Of a stretch of 64,000 nt of DNA, positions 25,081-39,150 are shown one piece after another. The stretch covers positions 50,158,001 to 50,222,000 of the forward strand of contig NW_026262668.1 of the NCBI RefSeq assembly GCF_021869535.1. The letters run 5' to 3'. Position 1 is the stretch's first letter; every line of letters begins with the position of its first letter. This DNA comes from Mytilus californianus. Taxonomy: Eukaryota. Under the pieces are notes generated by a model. The model was not told the DNA's origin. It did not search any database and saw nothing but the letters and a program-made list of their open reading frames with translations. A program made the translations under genes and the position numbers.

Positions 25081-28000
25081 ATATTCTTGTACTAATATGA
25101 CATATTTGTATGAAAAACATTGCTCTGTCTACTTCATTTGGAAAATAAATAGCAGTACGTGGCAGATATGAAAATAAATTTCCAAACAACAACAAAACTT
25201 AAAGAAGCCAGACTGAATGGATGTAATTCAAGCAGAAAATATTGCACTACTGATATTATCAAGAGGAAACGCCTTGCTGTCTCCAAAAAAGGAATACCTA
25301 TTGGAATTGGTTCACATGCTTATATATTATAAAGGTCAATAATTTTCGCTATAATTTAAACTTTTTCAAGAAAGATTGTTAACAGTATGTTTTGCTAATT
25401 TTTTTTTATCTAAACTTACAGTGTAATATAATATCATAAAGAATTCAGGGATTCCATGAGAATGTTACTTTCTAAATTAGTTTTTTGTTGAGTTTTATAG
25501 ATTGCTTTCACTATTCTGTTCTTCCCTTTTGGTTTTGCTCCGCATAACTTTTTATGTATTTGCTTTCCAAATTGTTGTTCACAGGCGTATCTTTTCAATG
25601 ATATTCCGAAATCACGTATCGTGCGTTTTGAATTCGGTATTCCATGTTGATATCACAATCACCGAACTAGTACATCTAATGTTGGACTGTAAGTCCCTGG
25701 TGGTACCACCCGCCCAATACCCAGTGCGTTATTATTGGTATGATTTCAAAATGACACATGTCTGAATATGTTTTGATTATAAATCACAATCAAGGTTGCA
25801 AGTCCTTATTGTAAAAATATATCTTATTCATTGAGACGAGGATGACTGTTCTGGTAAAGCCAGTCTTGTATACCAGAAACATGTGTATGTCTAAATCACT
25901 ACGAATTGGTTGGTGCCTTTGTTGGTTGACTGTTAGTCTCGGTGGGTACCATTCAGGCATTCAACCAGTAGGAAGTGGTAGGCTGGCACAACTAAGAGGA
26001 ATTTTTAAGTTATGTTGTAGTTACTGAATTATATTTTTGTAATATAAAACAGATATAATTCTATCAGACAAAGTAGATATTATACGGTTCAAGGTGTTAT
26101 GCTTATGTCATTATGGTTTCGATGATCACAAGGTTGCATGCATTAAGCTTTCTAAACATTAAAGCGTACCTCTAAAAACAGGTATCATGTGTATTGAAAG
26201 TTGTTCTAGATATATATAAATATGAAGATGTAATATGATTGCCCATGAGAGACTTATCCACAGAGATCAAAATGACGTAGATGTAATCAACTATAGGTCA
26301 CCGTACGACCTTCAATAATGATCGAAACACCTACCGAATAGTAAGCCATTAAAGGACCCGACATAAAACAATTCAAAAAATTCAAACGAAAGCCAAATAT
26401 GATAGACACCAACCATCGACAAACACTGAATTACAGCTAGGGTCCTGGATTGGGACAGCCAAACGCAGAATGTGTCGGGGTTGAACATGTTTGCACAACT
26501 ATTAAAAAGACAAGACACATAGTAAGGATCTTAGAGAAACAGTCTCAGTTGCTAGAGGATATTTCAAAGCCAATTACAACTAATACATAAATAATGTTTT
26601 CCAGACTAAAATATCAATCAGTACACATCAAAAGGGTTTAGTGTAAAAAAAAACATAATTAGTCTTTGGATAGAATGTAAGATCGTATGCGTGCATAACT
26701 GTATAGGATTACAATTCATATTTAGTTATTTTAATTCAATTTAATAACACATTCAATGTATTAAAGTTACGATAAAACAATATTCAAAATTATTATTGCA
26801 GTGTTAAATTGATAACCTTTTAGAATAAGATCATTCATAAAATAGATAAGTTTACACGAATCGTATCTAAATTTACGGGCTTTAAACAAACATCATCACC
26901 GTAAAAATGAAGGTGTGATATCCCGTTTGTAATAAGTTTTCATGGTGTACAGTCAAACTTCAGAAACCAAATATTGTTTCTATGAAAGAATTTTAGTGAA
27001 GGTTCTAAGTAAATCTCTATGTATACTTATTCATTGAGTATTTATATAATGTAATTCTCATCCATTTCAAAAGGCGTTTTTCGAGGAATTGTTGGATGTA
27101 CAAATACGCAGTCATTCATGGTATTTGAACCCTATGTAGTAACATCATGATGCGCTCTCTGCACATTGTTGCAGGATTGTTATGACAAAAACTATGCAAT
27201 GAAATGTTGATTGAATACACAATTTCATTGAATGTTCAGAGCTGAATAAAACGTAACCTTTTTATTATACAGAAGCTATTTCTAAAACAATATTTCTTTG
27301 CCATCAGAGTTATCGCTCTTAGTCCGAAAATTGAAACCATGAGTCCATACAAAGCAGCAAAAGATGATAGAACAGAAATATTTAGACTGTAATTATTATA
27401 GCATCACAATACAAAGTATGAAAAAGGGAACAATACGCGAATTATAGACACAATTCAAATTAAATTAATTATTCGCATGTATTCGTCCATTCATCTCGTT
27501 CGCATATCTGCAAACGAAGTTCGATTAAAGAATTAAAAATATGTTGTATAATGAGAAATATTTAGGAGTTACTCATTTATCATTTTTAAAACAAAGGTGA
27601 AAACATCTCTTTTTTTATAAAATACATGAAAGTGATAAAAGCTAGACTTCAATGAAATGTTCATAAAATGAAACAAAGAACACAGTAACGAAACTCAGTA
27701 GTAAAGAGTTTGTGGAATGGTTGCTTTGACTTACAAACATATTGGAGACCACAGACGTTGCATTCTAGAATTTAAATGACATCTGAACTTCTGCAGGTCA
27801 CCATCAAAATATTTTGAGTGGTTATTGTTAGTGTTTGTAGCATTTGTAGATGTTATCAACACAAAATCGACATTCACCAGAAGCATTATTGGATCCAGAA
27901 ACAATATGTACCTGCAAAATTTTTGTTTAAAGGTTGAGATTTTTTCTTGTTTTGTACATGTTGTAGTATATCTAAATTGTATATTGTCCCGACAATGTAC

Positions 28001-30479
28001 GCATATTGTTTTCTACCTTGCAATCTAACATTGACACTTGAAGTGTTTAGTTTTGTAAGACTTAGTCCAAATAACTATTTTTTTTAGAAATCCACATAAC
28101 TTAAATGCGGACCGAGAAGAGAGCCCCAAACTGACCTGATACGTAAACAGTACTCATAGCATTATCGTTGGCTTAACATAGAGCCAGGATAACATGGGTT
28201 TCTATTTGTATATTATAAAAATAAAGCAACTAATCATTTGCATACCTAAAATTTGTACAATAGTTGGCTTAATGTTTTTGCCAAAGGCTAAGGAGCAGTG
28301 CCAAAATACAAGAACTTTTTTTAATCCCAAGGATCGTATTGAAAAAAATGCTTACGTATATTTCTCCCATTCGGCAATAAAACATATGATACAGTGGGCC
28401 ATCCGAATGACTTGTCAGTATTATTGCAGTCACGTCTGACTGGAATTGGGACGTCAAACCTTATGCCTCGTGAAGGAAAAACATATTATGGAATCCCTTT
28501 TACAAGTCTTCGAAGGGTCCGTAAGTAGCCTTTTGCACGACAAAATTCCTGGCCCTATGAAACATGACCTTATTTTCCGTTATTCATCCCGGTCGGCATA
28601 ATTTGCAGAGCCTACATTTTAACTCTATTGTTGATATCTCATTGTCCTTAATATGCTTGGACTATTTTCCACTGGACGTAAAGCAATCAAAAACTAATCA
28701 ATCAATATCATTTCTGTTATATGAATAATTTGGTTTTGATGATTATCTGTAACTCTTTCAGTCTAAGGGCAAATTATAAAATGTGTGTTTTGATCATTGG
28801 TATAGACTGACTTGAAATTGTTCACATCTTTGTCCTAATTAGGTATTTATCGATAGTTGTCTTATGGGTTTTCATTCCACCTCTTATTTTTATATTGACA
28901 TATTGAATGGAGACCTGTTTATTGTTGACAACCAAACGTTGCTCTATATGCGTCTTTTAATTAGTTATGTTATTGGGTTACTGTCTTATTGAAGTATAGT
29001 TTACCCAAAATATGCTTTTATTTATTTCATATGTTTTAGGGGGAATTTTACAGTGACTTGATTGTTAATGTCCTTTCTACCAAATGCAGTTCAAAATTAA
29101 AAAGATCTCTAAATGTCTAATTGTTTGTTTTTGTTAAAGGTGTTAATGTCTGATTGACACATGCCCCCATCTCCTTTTATTCAAAAGAAATACATTTTAA
29201 AGGTGAAACAAAGAACGTACAGTTTTGATTAATCTTACATAAGTAGGGCCACCAACCCTATGTGCTTAAAAATACAGATATCATATGATGTGAAGTAGCT
29301 ATGTATAGTTTTATCTTAACCCCTTTTTAAGATAAAATTATCTTCCTTCATTTACAGTGTTCTCAGTCAAACATTTCGGACGGTCATCCCCCTTTTTGTG
29401 AAAATTCTGTTGGAAATCAAAGTCCGCTTCTGCCAATATTTAACCCAAAGTTTTACATGTAGTAAGATAAAATTGATAAAAACAATGAAGTTAAAAAGGG
29501 AAACAAAAAATCAACATTTAACTAACGCAGTACTTCCGGTCTCAAATTATAACACACACACACAGTCGATTATGATTTATCTTAGCTACTAGAAAATTAT
29601 TAACAAAAATTCAGTCCAGTACACCATAATGAGACAAATGAACATTTTGTGCATTTCTACTGATACAAATTGCGTATCATAACATTTCTGTCAGAATATA
29701 AAAATAAGAAGACGTGGTATGATTGCCAATGAGACAACTCTCAACCAGAGACCAAATGACATAGAAGTTTACAACTATAAGTGAGCGTACAGCCTTTAAA
29801 AATGAGCAAAAGCAATTAGACCGCAAAGTCAGCTATATAATACTTGTTTTTATTTCAGTAAAAAAACAGAAACATAATACTACTTCAATATCCTTTTAAC
29901 AAAATAGAAATGTCCAGGATAAGAGTAATTTTTAAGAATAAATTCTCAGGTTAAAGAGTAATACCAGGATATGGACATGACAGTAACCCAACGACAAAAA
30001 AAACAAGAAAAAACTTTTAAAGGGCAAAATACCATCTTCAACAAAACCTTTGCAGATGCATGCAAAATATGTCAAGCTCTTAAACGTCCCGTATCTAAAA
30101 AAAGCTGTGAATAATTTGAAAAGAAACTATAAAAATGGTCTGCTATCAACGTCCATTTCTCCAAATAACCGAAAAACATTAAGATATGACATAACACAAC
30201 AACTGTCCCGAATCCTGACTTCGGACAGGAAAATTAATATCAGTAATTACTACATTTCAAACTGCTTGTCCTACTTACTAGTTTTAAGTTGCATTAACAT
30301 TGAAAAGAAAACCTTTTAATTACCTCAGTGAGAGGGTTTAAGTAAACAAATGTGTGCAGCTCTTGGTTTTCGAGATTGTTCAAGTGCAGTAACAATTAAA
30401 AACCAATTGTTCAGAGAACAATTGAAGGTCTTTCCACCCCCAAATGCACATATTTTGTTAGGAAAATATTCACTTTCGG

Positions 30480-31300
30480 TTTAAAATGTCATATCTGGTG
30501 TCAGATTATAGAATTATTTACGCTGATTCCAAAAATATGTTTTTTTTTATATACTTTTGCTAGAAATTAAGTAGATCAGTTGGTACTTTCCTTTTACCAA
30601 ATTTCACTTCCGGTTGTATTTAAACCCGACTTCACACTGATTCCAAAAAATTAAAGTTCTTGTATTGTTTACATGAAAATAATGCAAAAAAGGCTACTTC
30701 CGGTTTACATAATGTCACTTCCGGTGACTATCTTCAAGGTCATTTGTCTGCAACCTAATGTCTAAGGCCCTACGACTTTATCATATACCAATAAAAAGTT
30801 ACAGCAAAGGTCAAAATCTAGAACATCAAATTAAACTTTGACCTTGACTTCAATTTCTAAATCATAAGTCAAGGACCTCAAATCAAAAGACCGTTAGTCT
30901 TTACTATATATGCTTAATGAGTTATATTACCATACACGTAATTTTAAATATAAAAGGGAAGAAAACTCCCACTAAATGTCAACGTACCTTTCCAACCAAA
31001 ATTTATGTTTTACGACATGACGCTACTAACAATTTAGTAAAAATATTTTGACGATATCTTTTACGGTTTTTAAAAGTAATTGAAATTAGCCAAACTCATA
31101 ATTCAGAACATGACCTTGACTTTTGACCTAATTTTCCTTTTTGTGGACCAAGGACAAATCAAATCACTTATGGTGTAACAGTTAAAATGCATACCACTTA
31201 TATTAAATACATAAGGGGAAATAACTCTCATATGGAGTCTCCGGATAGCTTCGTTCAAAATGATCATATAAGAATGAATATACTTGAACTGGTCTATCCA
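30480..31300. repeat. Interspersed repeat (HINE-like body); a related piece lies at 57700-57960
   Basis: Shared GAACATGACCTTGAC..GGACCAAGGAC..TACATAAGGGGAAATAACTC segments between 31100-31250 and 57785-57920; repeated CACTTCCGG and GACCTTGAC motifs. Confidence 0.45.
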
Positions 31301-31861
31301 TGAGAATGTATTTAACACGACTGTATGAGAACAAACCTTAAATAAAGCTTTATATGGTGTACAATCATAGCTAGTATGGAATAACAAGCTGAAAGGTTCC
31401 TGAATTGACAAAATTAGACGTCAAATCAGCCGAAAACAATCAGCGAAGTAAACAAAAATCAATAAAAATCTATATGAACCGGAACAGATTGATAACCACA
31501 AATCTTTACACAAATCGTGCTCCACCCAAATCTGAATACTGTAACCAGGTACTCAAATGCATCGGGATGAATATATCATGGCCCCACAGACTACAACATT
31601 CAAACTACTTTTTAAGTTCAGGCCGATACTAGGTTAAACTCGAAAAAACTTGAAGAACTTCGAAAATCATGTCAGGGACTATAACAAAACAAACGAATCT
31701 GTGTGTAAAGCTTGCATTTTTTTTTCGGACGATGTAAGCCATCTTTCAAGTGAAAAATTTAAATTAAAGTATTAATTTTTATTGATTATTTTTTTCTAGG
31801 TTCGACGTATCATCATACGTGTCGCCTTCAATGAACTGTATCCTTTCCAATGCTTCCAGCT

Positions 31862-34800
31862 GGATTTCTGTTTATTTATTTGTTATTTTTATGATATTGA
31901 AGTATATAAATAGATATATAACTATTTTCGATTGTTAGATGTAATATTTTCTACAACCGTTCTAGATTAACGGAGAAAAAAATAAAAAGGCAAGTAAAAA
32001 TGATGAATTGAGTGAACCTTGCCTCGAATTTGTTTAATTCTCGTAAAATTGTGCATGTTGTACGGAAAGAACGGTACGGAAAGAAAGATGTTAACATGGA
32101 GATTGCAAGACTAGTCATGTGAGCACCTCAATATTTGTATTTCTGTGCATGGAACGAAAGTAATAGGTCATGTCAAAATGGAAGGACCCTGTTTTGTCAA
32201 TTTTGTTTACTACATAATGACCCGGTTTTGTTTTTGTATAGCTCCCGGTTTTGTTTCGTTTTGAAACCACAAAATTATTAAACGCGACGTTAACACGGAT
32301 CCGAAAAGTGTCCGTCGAAAAAAAAATCAATACTAGTAAATAAGTTATTGTAAAACAAACCTGTCTTGTTAAAATTTATCTTAAACGGGCACTTTTCGAA
32401 ATAGTGAGTACATATTTTTTGAATGCAAAATCTATACCTTATTGCACTTATCTTTATACCATGCACGTACATTAAATATTTTATAACATTATGATTTTTG
32501 TTTGTTTACAATACTAGTATGTAATGATGTAAAAATAAGAAGTTGTGGTAGGATTGTGTTACCTTATGAATTTATTAAAAGAGTAAAGCTAGTATGTTTT
32601 ACTATACCAGTCAGGATTCTACTTCTTCAAAATTATCTCCCCATTACGCCAGCTATTTTTTACAATCGTAAAAATGGAAGCCATTGTAGGGATGACGCGC
32701 TGCCAATTTAGCTCTTGAATACCGATACATTTATCCACATAGCACACTTACGATCCTTACATGCCAGTTTTATTTTAAAATTCAAATGTATCTATAAGCT
32801 ACTGAGCATCATTTAATGTAATTTTCTGCATTAAGTCAACTTAAAACTATTGTCTGATCGGTTGTTTTTTTGAGGTTATGCATTTTTAAGATCCACTTGT
32901 AAAGTCTGTCGTCAGGTACTTTTAGTAAAAATTTATTATTCGAACACACCTACTCTGTTCTTATGACTCATTAGAAAGGTATTTCACTTGACCCATTTAT
33001 TTAATGTTACTAAATCAACCTGTATCCTAAATATATAAAAATAATAAAATCTGAAGCGAGATGATGTATCAAAGTTTTTTTGCTTGATACGTTTTCAAGA
33101 CAGATTAGTCAACTCAGACACGGACGAACATAAAAAGGTGCACTCGACTTTCTCTTTTCGATGAAATTATTGCCCATTTGTAGGATTTTCTCCCAAAAAA
33201 CTGTCGCCGGGGCACAGATGCAAGTTAATGCTTTAAAAGACCAATCTATTATCTTTGTGTAGAATTTTTCGGCGGAATTTATGCTTATGCACAAAAAAGA
33301 TCCACTTGTATTTGTATCTACCACAATCGACTGTTTTATGAAAAATTGTCTATAATTTAAAAGTTTACAAACATCTCGAAGCTCCATACTATAATTTAAG
33401 TAAAGACACGTATATAAGATTCATATAATCCTAAATTATGCACTTTTATTAAACTTTTAAAGTTCTTTTGTTTAATTTCAACTGGGTATCCGCCTGCTAT
33501 ACTATACGCTTTGTCTACAATATTTACTATCATTTACTCATTTATTCATTCATTGAAAAAAGACTTTAGTCTATCATATTCTGTACGAATTAATCATGCA
33601 TGCAACCTTGCCAAATTTTCTGGTACTATATATATAATACTGTGTAACTCGTATTGTACGACTTTGCCCCCAGCAGAGCTATAGAAAAACCGTGCAATAA
33701 GTGTGTTACACGGACACTTTTTTGAAGTAAGACGGACACTTTTTCTGAATAGATTAACTCGTGCATCTATTGAGTTCATAGGCAGTTTTTCGTTCACCTT
33801 GTGACAATATTACCTGTTATATGAAAAGTGTTCGTAAAGATTATATTTCTATCTCTAATCAAAAACATCGCACAAGTCACATAAAAAACATAAGTTACAA
33901 AAGAAACGTGGTGGTAACAACCAGCCGTATAGTTTTTTCTGCACTCGTAGTCAGGTCAAAGTCCTCGGATGTCGCCTCGGACATTGACCTGACTACTCGT
34001 GCAGAAAAACTATACGGCAACGTTTGTTACCAGCCTATTTTTTGTTACCTTTGTTTTGTATCAAATACCTAACGCGAGTTTTCACACTTGAGCACGCACA
34101 TAACATAGCTGTGGGATTTTCAACTTTCCACCTATTTTCAGGTAAGCACATTTGATTTTATCGGCCTTTTAACGCATGTTTTCCATATCATATTCACAGT
34201 TCAAGTTCCAAGGAAACTTCAAGTTAACATTTGAAATAATTATGTATTTTCCATATCATATCTTTAGAGCTTTTAAACCAACATAAGATTGTGGAAAGTT
34301 TGGTTAAATTTGGCACAGTAATTTCAGAGGAGAAGATTTTTGTAAAAATTAACGCACGACGACGGACGACGAAGGCCAGGTGATGAGAAAAGCTCACTTT
34401 GCCCTTTGGGTCAGGTGAGCTATAAGCCCACTAAGAATTCCAAACAAGATTGCATCGTTCTTAAATTAAAACAAAGGTCTAACAATTCATAATTGAGTCG
34501 CACACAGACGGGAAAAACTAATCAGACAAATAAAAAAATAAAATTATTTTTGTTGCAATTAAGCAGTAATTCAAGTGTTTACGGATTCAAATAAATGATA
34601 AGTTGTCTTCTAAAAGAAATCCGTTTCCAACGAACCATCAAACTCCGTTTGAATGCCGGAGTTTAATTTACGTTATGCGATTATGCATTATTTTCTATGA
34701 CAAAACCGGGTCCTGCTTTGTTAATTTTCAGGACGAAACCGGGTCGTACACATTGACAAAACCAGGTTCTTCCATTTTGACATGACCCATTTCCTTCGTT

Positions 34801-35093
34801 CCATGCACAGAAATACAAATATTGAGGTGCTCAACATGACTAGTCTTGCCATCTCCAGGTTAATATTTTTCTGTCCGTACCGTTCTTTCCGTACAATGTG
34901 CAGAATTTTACGAGCAATTAAGCAAATTCGAGACAAGGTTCACTCAATTCATCATTTTGACGTGCCTTTTTACTTATTTCTCCATTAATCTAGAACATTT
35001 GTAGAAAATATTACATCTCACAATCGAAAGTAGTTATATATGTATTTATATTCCTCAATATCATAAAAATAACAAATAAATAAACAGAAATCC
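31862..35093. mobile_element. Long-TIR (foldback-like) non-autonomous DNA transposon, 3.2 kb, disrupting gene D exon 6
   Basis: About 370-bp imperfect inverted repeats (31862-~32235 vs ~34700-35093) starting GGATTTCTGTTTATTTATTTGTTATTTTTATGATATTGA, with repeated CCCGGTTTTG/CAAAACCGGG subterminal motifs. No TSD is visible because of an adjacent deletion. Confidence 0.85.
34290..34424 (-). mobile_element. Helentron/HINE-like terminal fragment nested in the long-TIR element
   Basis: Minus strand AGCTCACCTGACCCAAAGGGCAAAGTGAGCT hairpin followed by a (CGTC)-rich microsatellite. Confidence 0.55.
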
Positions 35094-35618
35094 TACATTT
35101 TTTTCTGTCTGTTGATGGTCCGTCACCGTACCGGATACTAGATACCATTGAGTCCAACATTTTTGTCAGGGTAGTTTAGACACAGTGAACATGTATTATT
35201 ATATATTATTTCAATTTGTAAAGACTAGAATAGGAATACTGCTTAAATGTTAATACTGAAGAAATTAAAAACAAAGAAGGGTCTTGAAGGCCATAATATA
35301 ATTTGGTCATTACAATTAATAAAATGCGAGTTCAGAGCGAATTGGAACATTTGACAAAATAGTGTTTTAATATTGGGAACGATCATTTAACTTTCAGGGG
35401 GAGAGTATGGTTTTTTTTTCATTCTGAATATTTTTTCGTACCACGCAAGCATAAATATGCCATATTGTTTTCTTCAAAATTGTGAATCGGGTGGTTTTTT
35501 TTTATAGGAAAATATCATAACCCATTAACGATTCTAATCGAAACTACACAGGTTTCGGGGTCACCATCACGATTTTGTTGACCATTCAATTGGCTCTATC
35601 TCAACCAAAGAGAAGCAG

Positions 35619-35726
35619 CGACTATTTTCACAAAAAATCTTACGATTAAAATTGATCGTAAGTTATACTGAAATGTGTATGACTTACGAGTATTTTTACT
35701 CTTAGGATTTTTTGTGAAAAGAGCCG
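35619..35726. mobile_element. 108-bp MITE with 3-bp CAG target duplication (Harbinger-like)
   Basis: TIR CGACTATTTTCACAAAAAATCTTA vs reverse complement CGGCTCTTTTCACAAAAAATCCTA; CAG on both flanks; single-CAG empty site in gene A at 3824-3826. Confidence 0.75.
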
Positions 35727-35811
35727 CAGGTTTTCGCAGTCTTAAATCTTACGATATCAGTATTGTCGCTTAAATAGTAAATTTACAGATTGTGTCCCTA
35801 TTTCCTATCAT

Positions 35812-36163
35812 TGTTATGATATTGTAACTATCATGTTTATTAAGTTGGCCTAATTTGTTTTGTGTGGCCTTATAATATGTTTACATAATATTTATAGTTG
35901 TTTACAAAATAATATTGTAACTGTGCAGTTTAGAAATCACTGGAAAAATCATAGATACTGATGGAATGATTAGAACTTTCTATTTGACTTACATAACGAT
36001 TCCAGAATGATCATATTAAAAGATGCGTAATTTAAACGTCTACGTTGTTCTAGAAGTTTTCGTTCTACAGTTTTCTAGGAGTTTATAGTAAATCTTGTTA
36101 AATTTTATTATTGATTTGTGTCTTTTATTGGCTACAATTTAAAGGTGATTTCTGTCCGTAACA
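35812..36163. mobile_element. Solo LTR (352 bp) in intron 5 of gene D
   Basis: TGTTATGA...TCCGTAACA termini, 4-bp TSD TCAT (35808-35811 and 36164-36167); absent from the homologous intron of gene A near 3900. Confidence 0.75.
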
Positions 36164-37113
36164 TCATTCTATTTGGTCTTAGTTGGATTTGAATGGCAAC
36201 AATCTACAGTTTACAGCAACGAATTACCTTAACGGTTTGTGTTGTTAATTGGATTTATATTATTCTATAAGGTTTTAATTATTATAGTATTAAATATTCT
36301 ATTTCAATTATTAAGAATTTCATTACCTGCATTTCCAGTGTAACCAGCTACTTCCAGCTTGTACCCTGACCTTTCGTTCTTAACAACAAATAAAGGCAAC
36401 AGTAGTATATCTCTGTTCAATAGTCATAAATCGATTAAACGAAAACAAATCCGGGTCACAAAGCAAAACCGAGGGAAACACATCAACTATAAGAGGAAAA
36501 CAACGGAACAACAGAAATACTGAACTGCTACAAAAACAAACGCCAACATACATAGAAACGCACTATTTGATAACAGCTGCCATATTCCTGACTTGGTACA
36601 GGACATCTTAAGAAAAAATGGTGGGTTGAACCTGGTTTTTATGGCTAGCCAATTTTCGAACCTCCCGCAAAAGTGTTGTAGATGGCAAAATGAATTATTT
36701 CCTTTACTTTTTTGCCCGTTACACGAGTACACAATTCGCCAATAACGTTATCATTCTTAGTCCAAACATACGCTTTAACCTTGACTTTATAATATCAGAA
36801 AAACATTTTAAAACATAATAAAAGGATAGCCCTTGGAAATTTGTCTTTTCACAAGATTTTTAATGTGTATATTGAAGCCTTTAATCTGGTATGATCTGGT
36901 TTATAGGCCAATATGTTTTGGTAATTTCTGTTTTCCTTTTTATGTATTTTTTAAATTGTGTCATTTATAAATAATAATTGTCTAAAATTATGCAATTTGT
37001 GTCTCTATAAAAAAAAATATAATTGCAAAACAGTTTTATAAACCAAGAGGACGATGCTCGAAAGATATAAAGCAAACGGAACCAGACAGATAAACGAACA
37101 AATACAAACAGAT

Positions 37114-38750
37114 ATGTGACCCGTCATGACATTTCCAGGCTTATGGCGGTAAACGTCATAACGAGAAAACGTCGATGTAAAGTAACGTAACGTATTCTGG
37201 GCACCTGTTATAGAATGTCCAATTATATCATGCGTTTAAACACAGTTTATTTTTTTCTTGACTTGAGGCAATTTGAATCTTATGTTAAGATAAACAAAAC
37301 AAGTAGATTTTTTACGTAAAATTAATAATTTAGGATAAAATCCCGCTTGAAATCGTGTTCTAAATTCACACATTAATTTATCTTCTAGATTTCATTGCCT
37401 CAATCTGATATAAAACTAATTCTCAGAGGGGCCTGGATACTACTTCAGATCATTATAGGCATTTCAAAGTGCAGAGTTTATATTTTTTCTTATTTATTAC
37501 CAATACAGATTGCAGCATAAACATTAAGTTTTTGGAGTAAATTTGATTAATGTTTCACGTTGTAAGGGAAAATATAAACATATGTATTGTCATATACAAG
37601 TATAAGTAAATCAAGCAAGATATGCCTCATCCAATGTTTGTTCGTATGTTTTTATCTATGTCTGTCTTAGAACTACATAAACAAGATGCTTTTTTGTTGA
37701 AAGTATTCTTACCTCCCTTTCACCTGCATGCCGTAACATATTGATCATGCTGTTTGACTGTTTCATCTTAATCTGCATTAATAGATCTTTGATTTAATCA
37801 CTTTGCCAGGATACATGTACAAAATGTATTCACAATAAGATAATAGATGAACATTATAAAGTATATTAAATATTACACAGCTCCTTGATGGTTTATTATA
37901 TATCTTGGTATTCAATTTCTTAGCATTGATGTAGTTTTCCTTAAGAGAAAGAAAAATGTTTAAAGTCATTATTATTTAGATTGCAGATTCCGGTACATTG
38001 TTGCTATGGCAACCGAATGGTTGATATAGAAATAAAATTCTTTATTTTTTTAATTTTTACAGTTTAATTATTTCAAAAAGACTAGACCTCCCTCTCTTCC
38101 TAAAAATATATGACACAAGTTTCAAAGATAACTATTATAATAGATGAACATACATGTGAAAAACTGAAATTTTGTTGTTGTTGATAAAATCGAAAGTAAC
38201 AAAAATGACCATTATTCTGTCATTTTGCAGAATCTAGCAAAATGACTTGTCAGGGTGTTTTGAATCTATGTATACTTAAAAAAAATGCAATATACTCATT
38301 TTGACCCTGGTACCCCCATAAACCTGAAAATCTTATGGCTGGTCACAAATACAAACAAACAAATTGTTAAGTCTATAAGGAAAAAAGGTAAAATTTCCGC
38401 TGCTATTTTAGCTAAATAGGTGCAATTTGGGTACTCGGTGCAATTTGGGTACTGTGACGTTAGATGATATATATTGATAAATGAGTATTTTAAACAGCGG
38501 TATACTACTGTTGCCTTTATTCATATATATTTGTTTATTTCATGATTGAAAATGATATAATATGATTTAATTTAGATGTAATATAATGATGCTTACCAGA
38601 GAGTAAGTCTGGATTTCTGGTAAAAAATACAGGGACCTTTCACTAGAATGCTGGAGTAGTGAAGTAAATTGTTAACAGCAGTAGTGCAATATGTTGTTGA
38701 ATAAAGATAAAAATAGTATTATCTGAAAAAAAAAACAAAAAAACTAAAAA
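37114..38750. mobile_element. 1.6-kb insertion of unknown class upstream of gene D
   Basis: Absent from the homologous site in A (~7570); begins ATATGTGACCCGTCA with a weak inverted match near 38455-38472. Confidence 0.35.
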
Positions 38751-39107
38751 ACAAAAACAAACAGATATACGTGTAAACGAAAATGTTCAAAGAACAAAGA
38801 AGTTATTTACATTTTCGTTATTTGGTATCTGGTGGAGAGTTGTCTCATTAACAATCATACCCCGTCTTCCTTTTTATAAGTAAACCTCACATTATCTTTT
38901 ATTCATATACCGCAGGCAAACATTCATATCTAATTTTTTATGACAATGGGCAAGCAACCAAAACCATATGACATGCTATAAATGTTGACTCCAAAAAAAT
39001 TACTTTAATGGACGAAAAGATAAGCATGTAGAGACAGCAACAAACAACGATACAATTAACGACCTTTGAAATATTAAAAGCTCATCTCAAAGGCTTATAA
39101 CTTTGTA

Positions 39108-39150
39108 CGCCAGACTCGTGCTTCATCTACTCAAGATTCATCAGTGACGT
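39108..39150 (-). ncRNA. Degenerate minimal hammerhead ribozyme motif upstream of E0 of gene D
   Basis: Minus strand ACGTCA-CTGATGA-ATC(TTGAGTA)GAT-GAAG-C(ACGA)G-TC-TGGCGT; GAAA is changed to GAAG. Paralogous copies lie near 7905-7950, 13207-13252 and 53400-53433. Confidence 0.55.

Larger units (their letters stand above)
31796..36687 (-). pseudogene. Gene D: fragmented FReD pseudogene (A-like)
   Basis: 3' part of E6 at 31796-31858 ([20 protein letters not shown], sharing A's one-codon deletion), cut by a long-TIR element. E5 pieces at 36327-36390 and 36669-36687 are split by a retroposon. The sequence then jumps to the region found upstream of E1 in A, so E1-E4 are deleted. Confidence 0.88.

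Noticed and set aside
25502-26027. Coding exon or gene relic in a GC-richer stretch
   Set aside because: No frame gave a recognisable protein motif or consistent splice signals.
33109-33797. Transposase ORFs inside the long-TIR element
   Set aside because: Short ORFs with no DDE/D or zinc-finger motif that I can recognise; a translated search would be needed.
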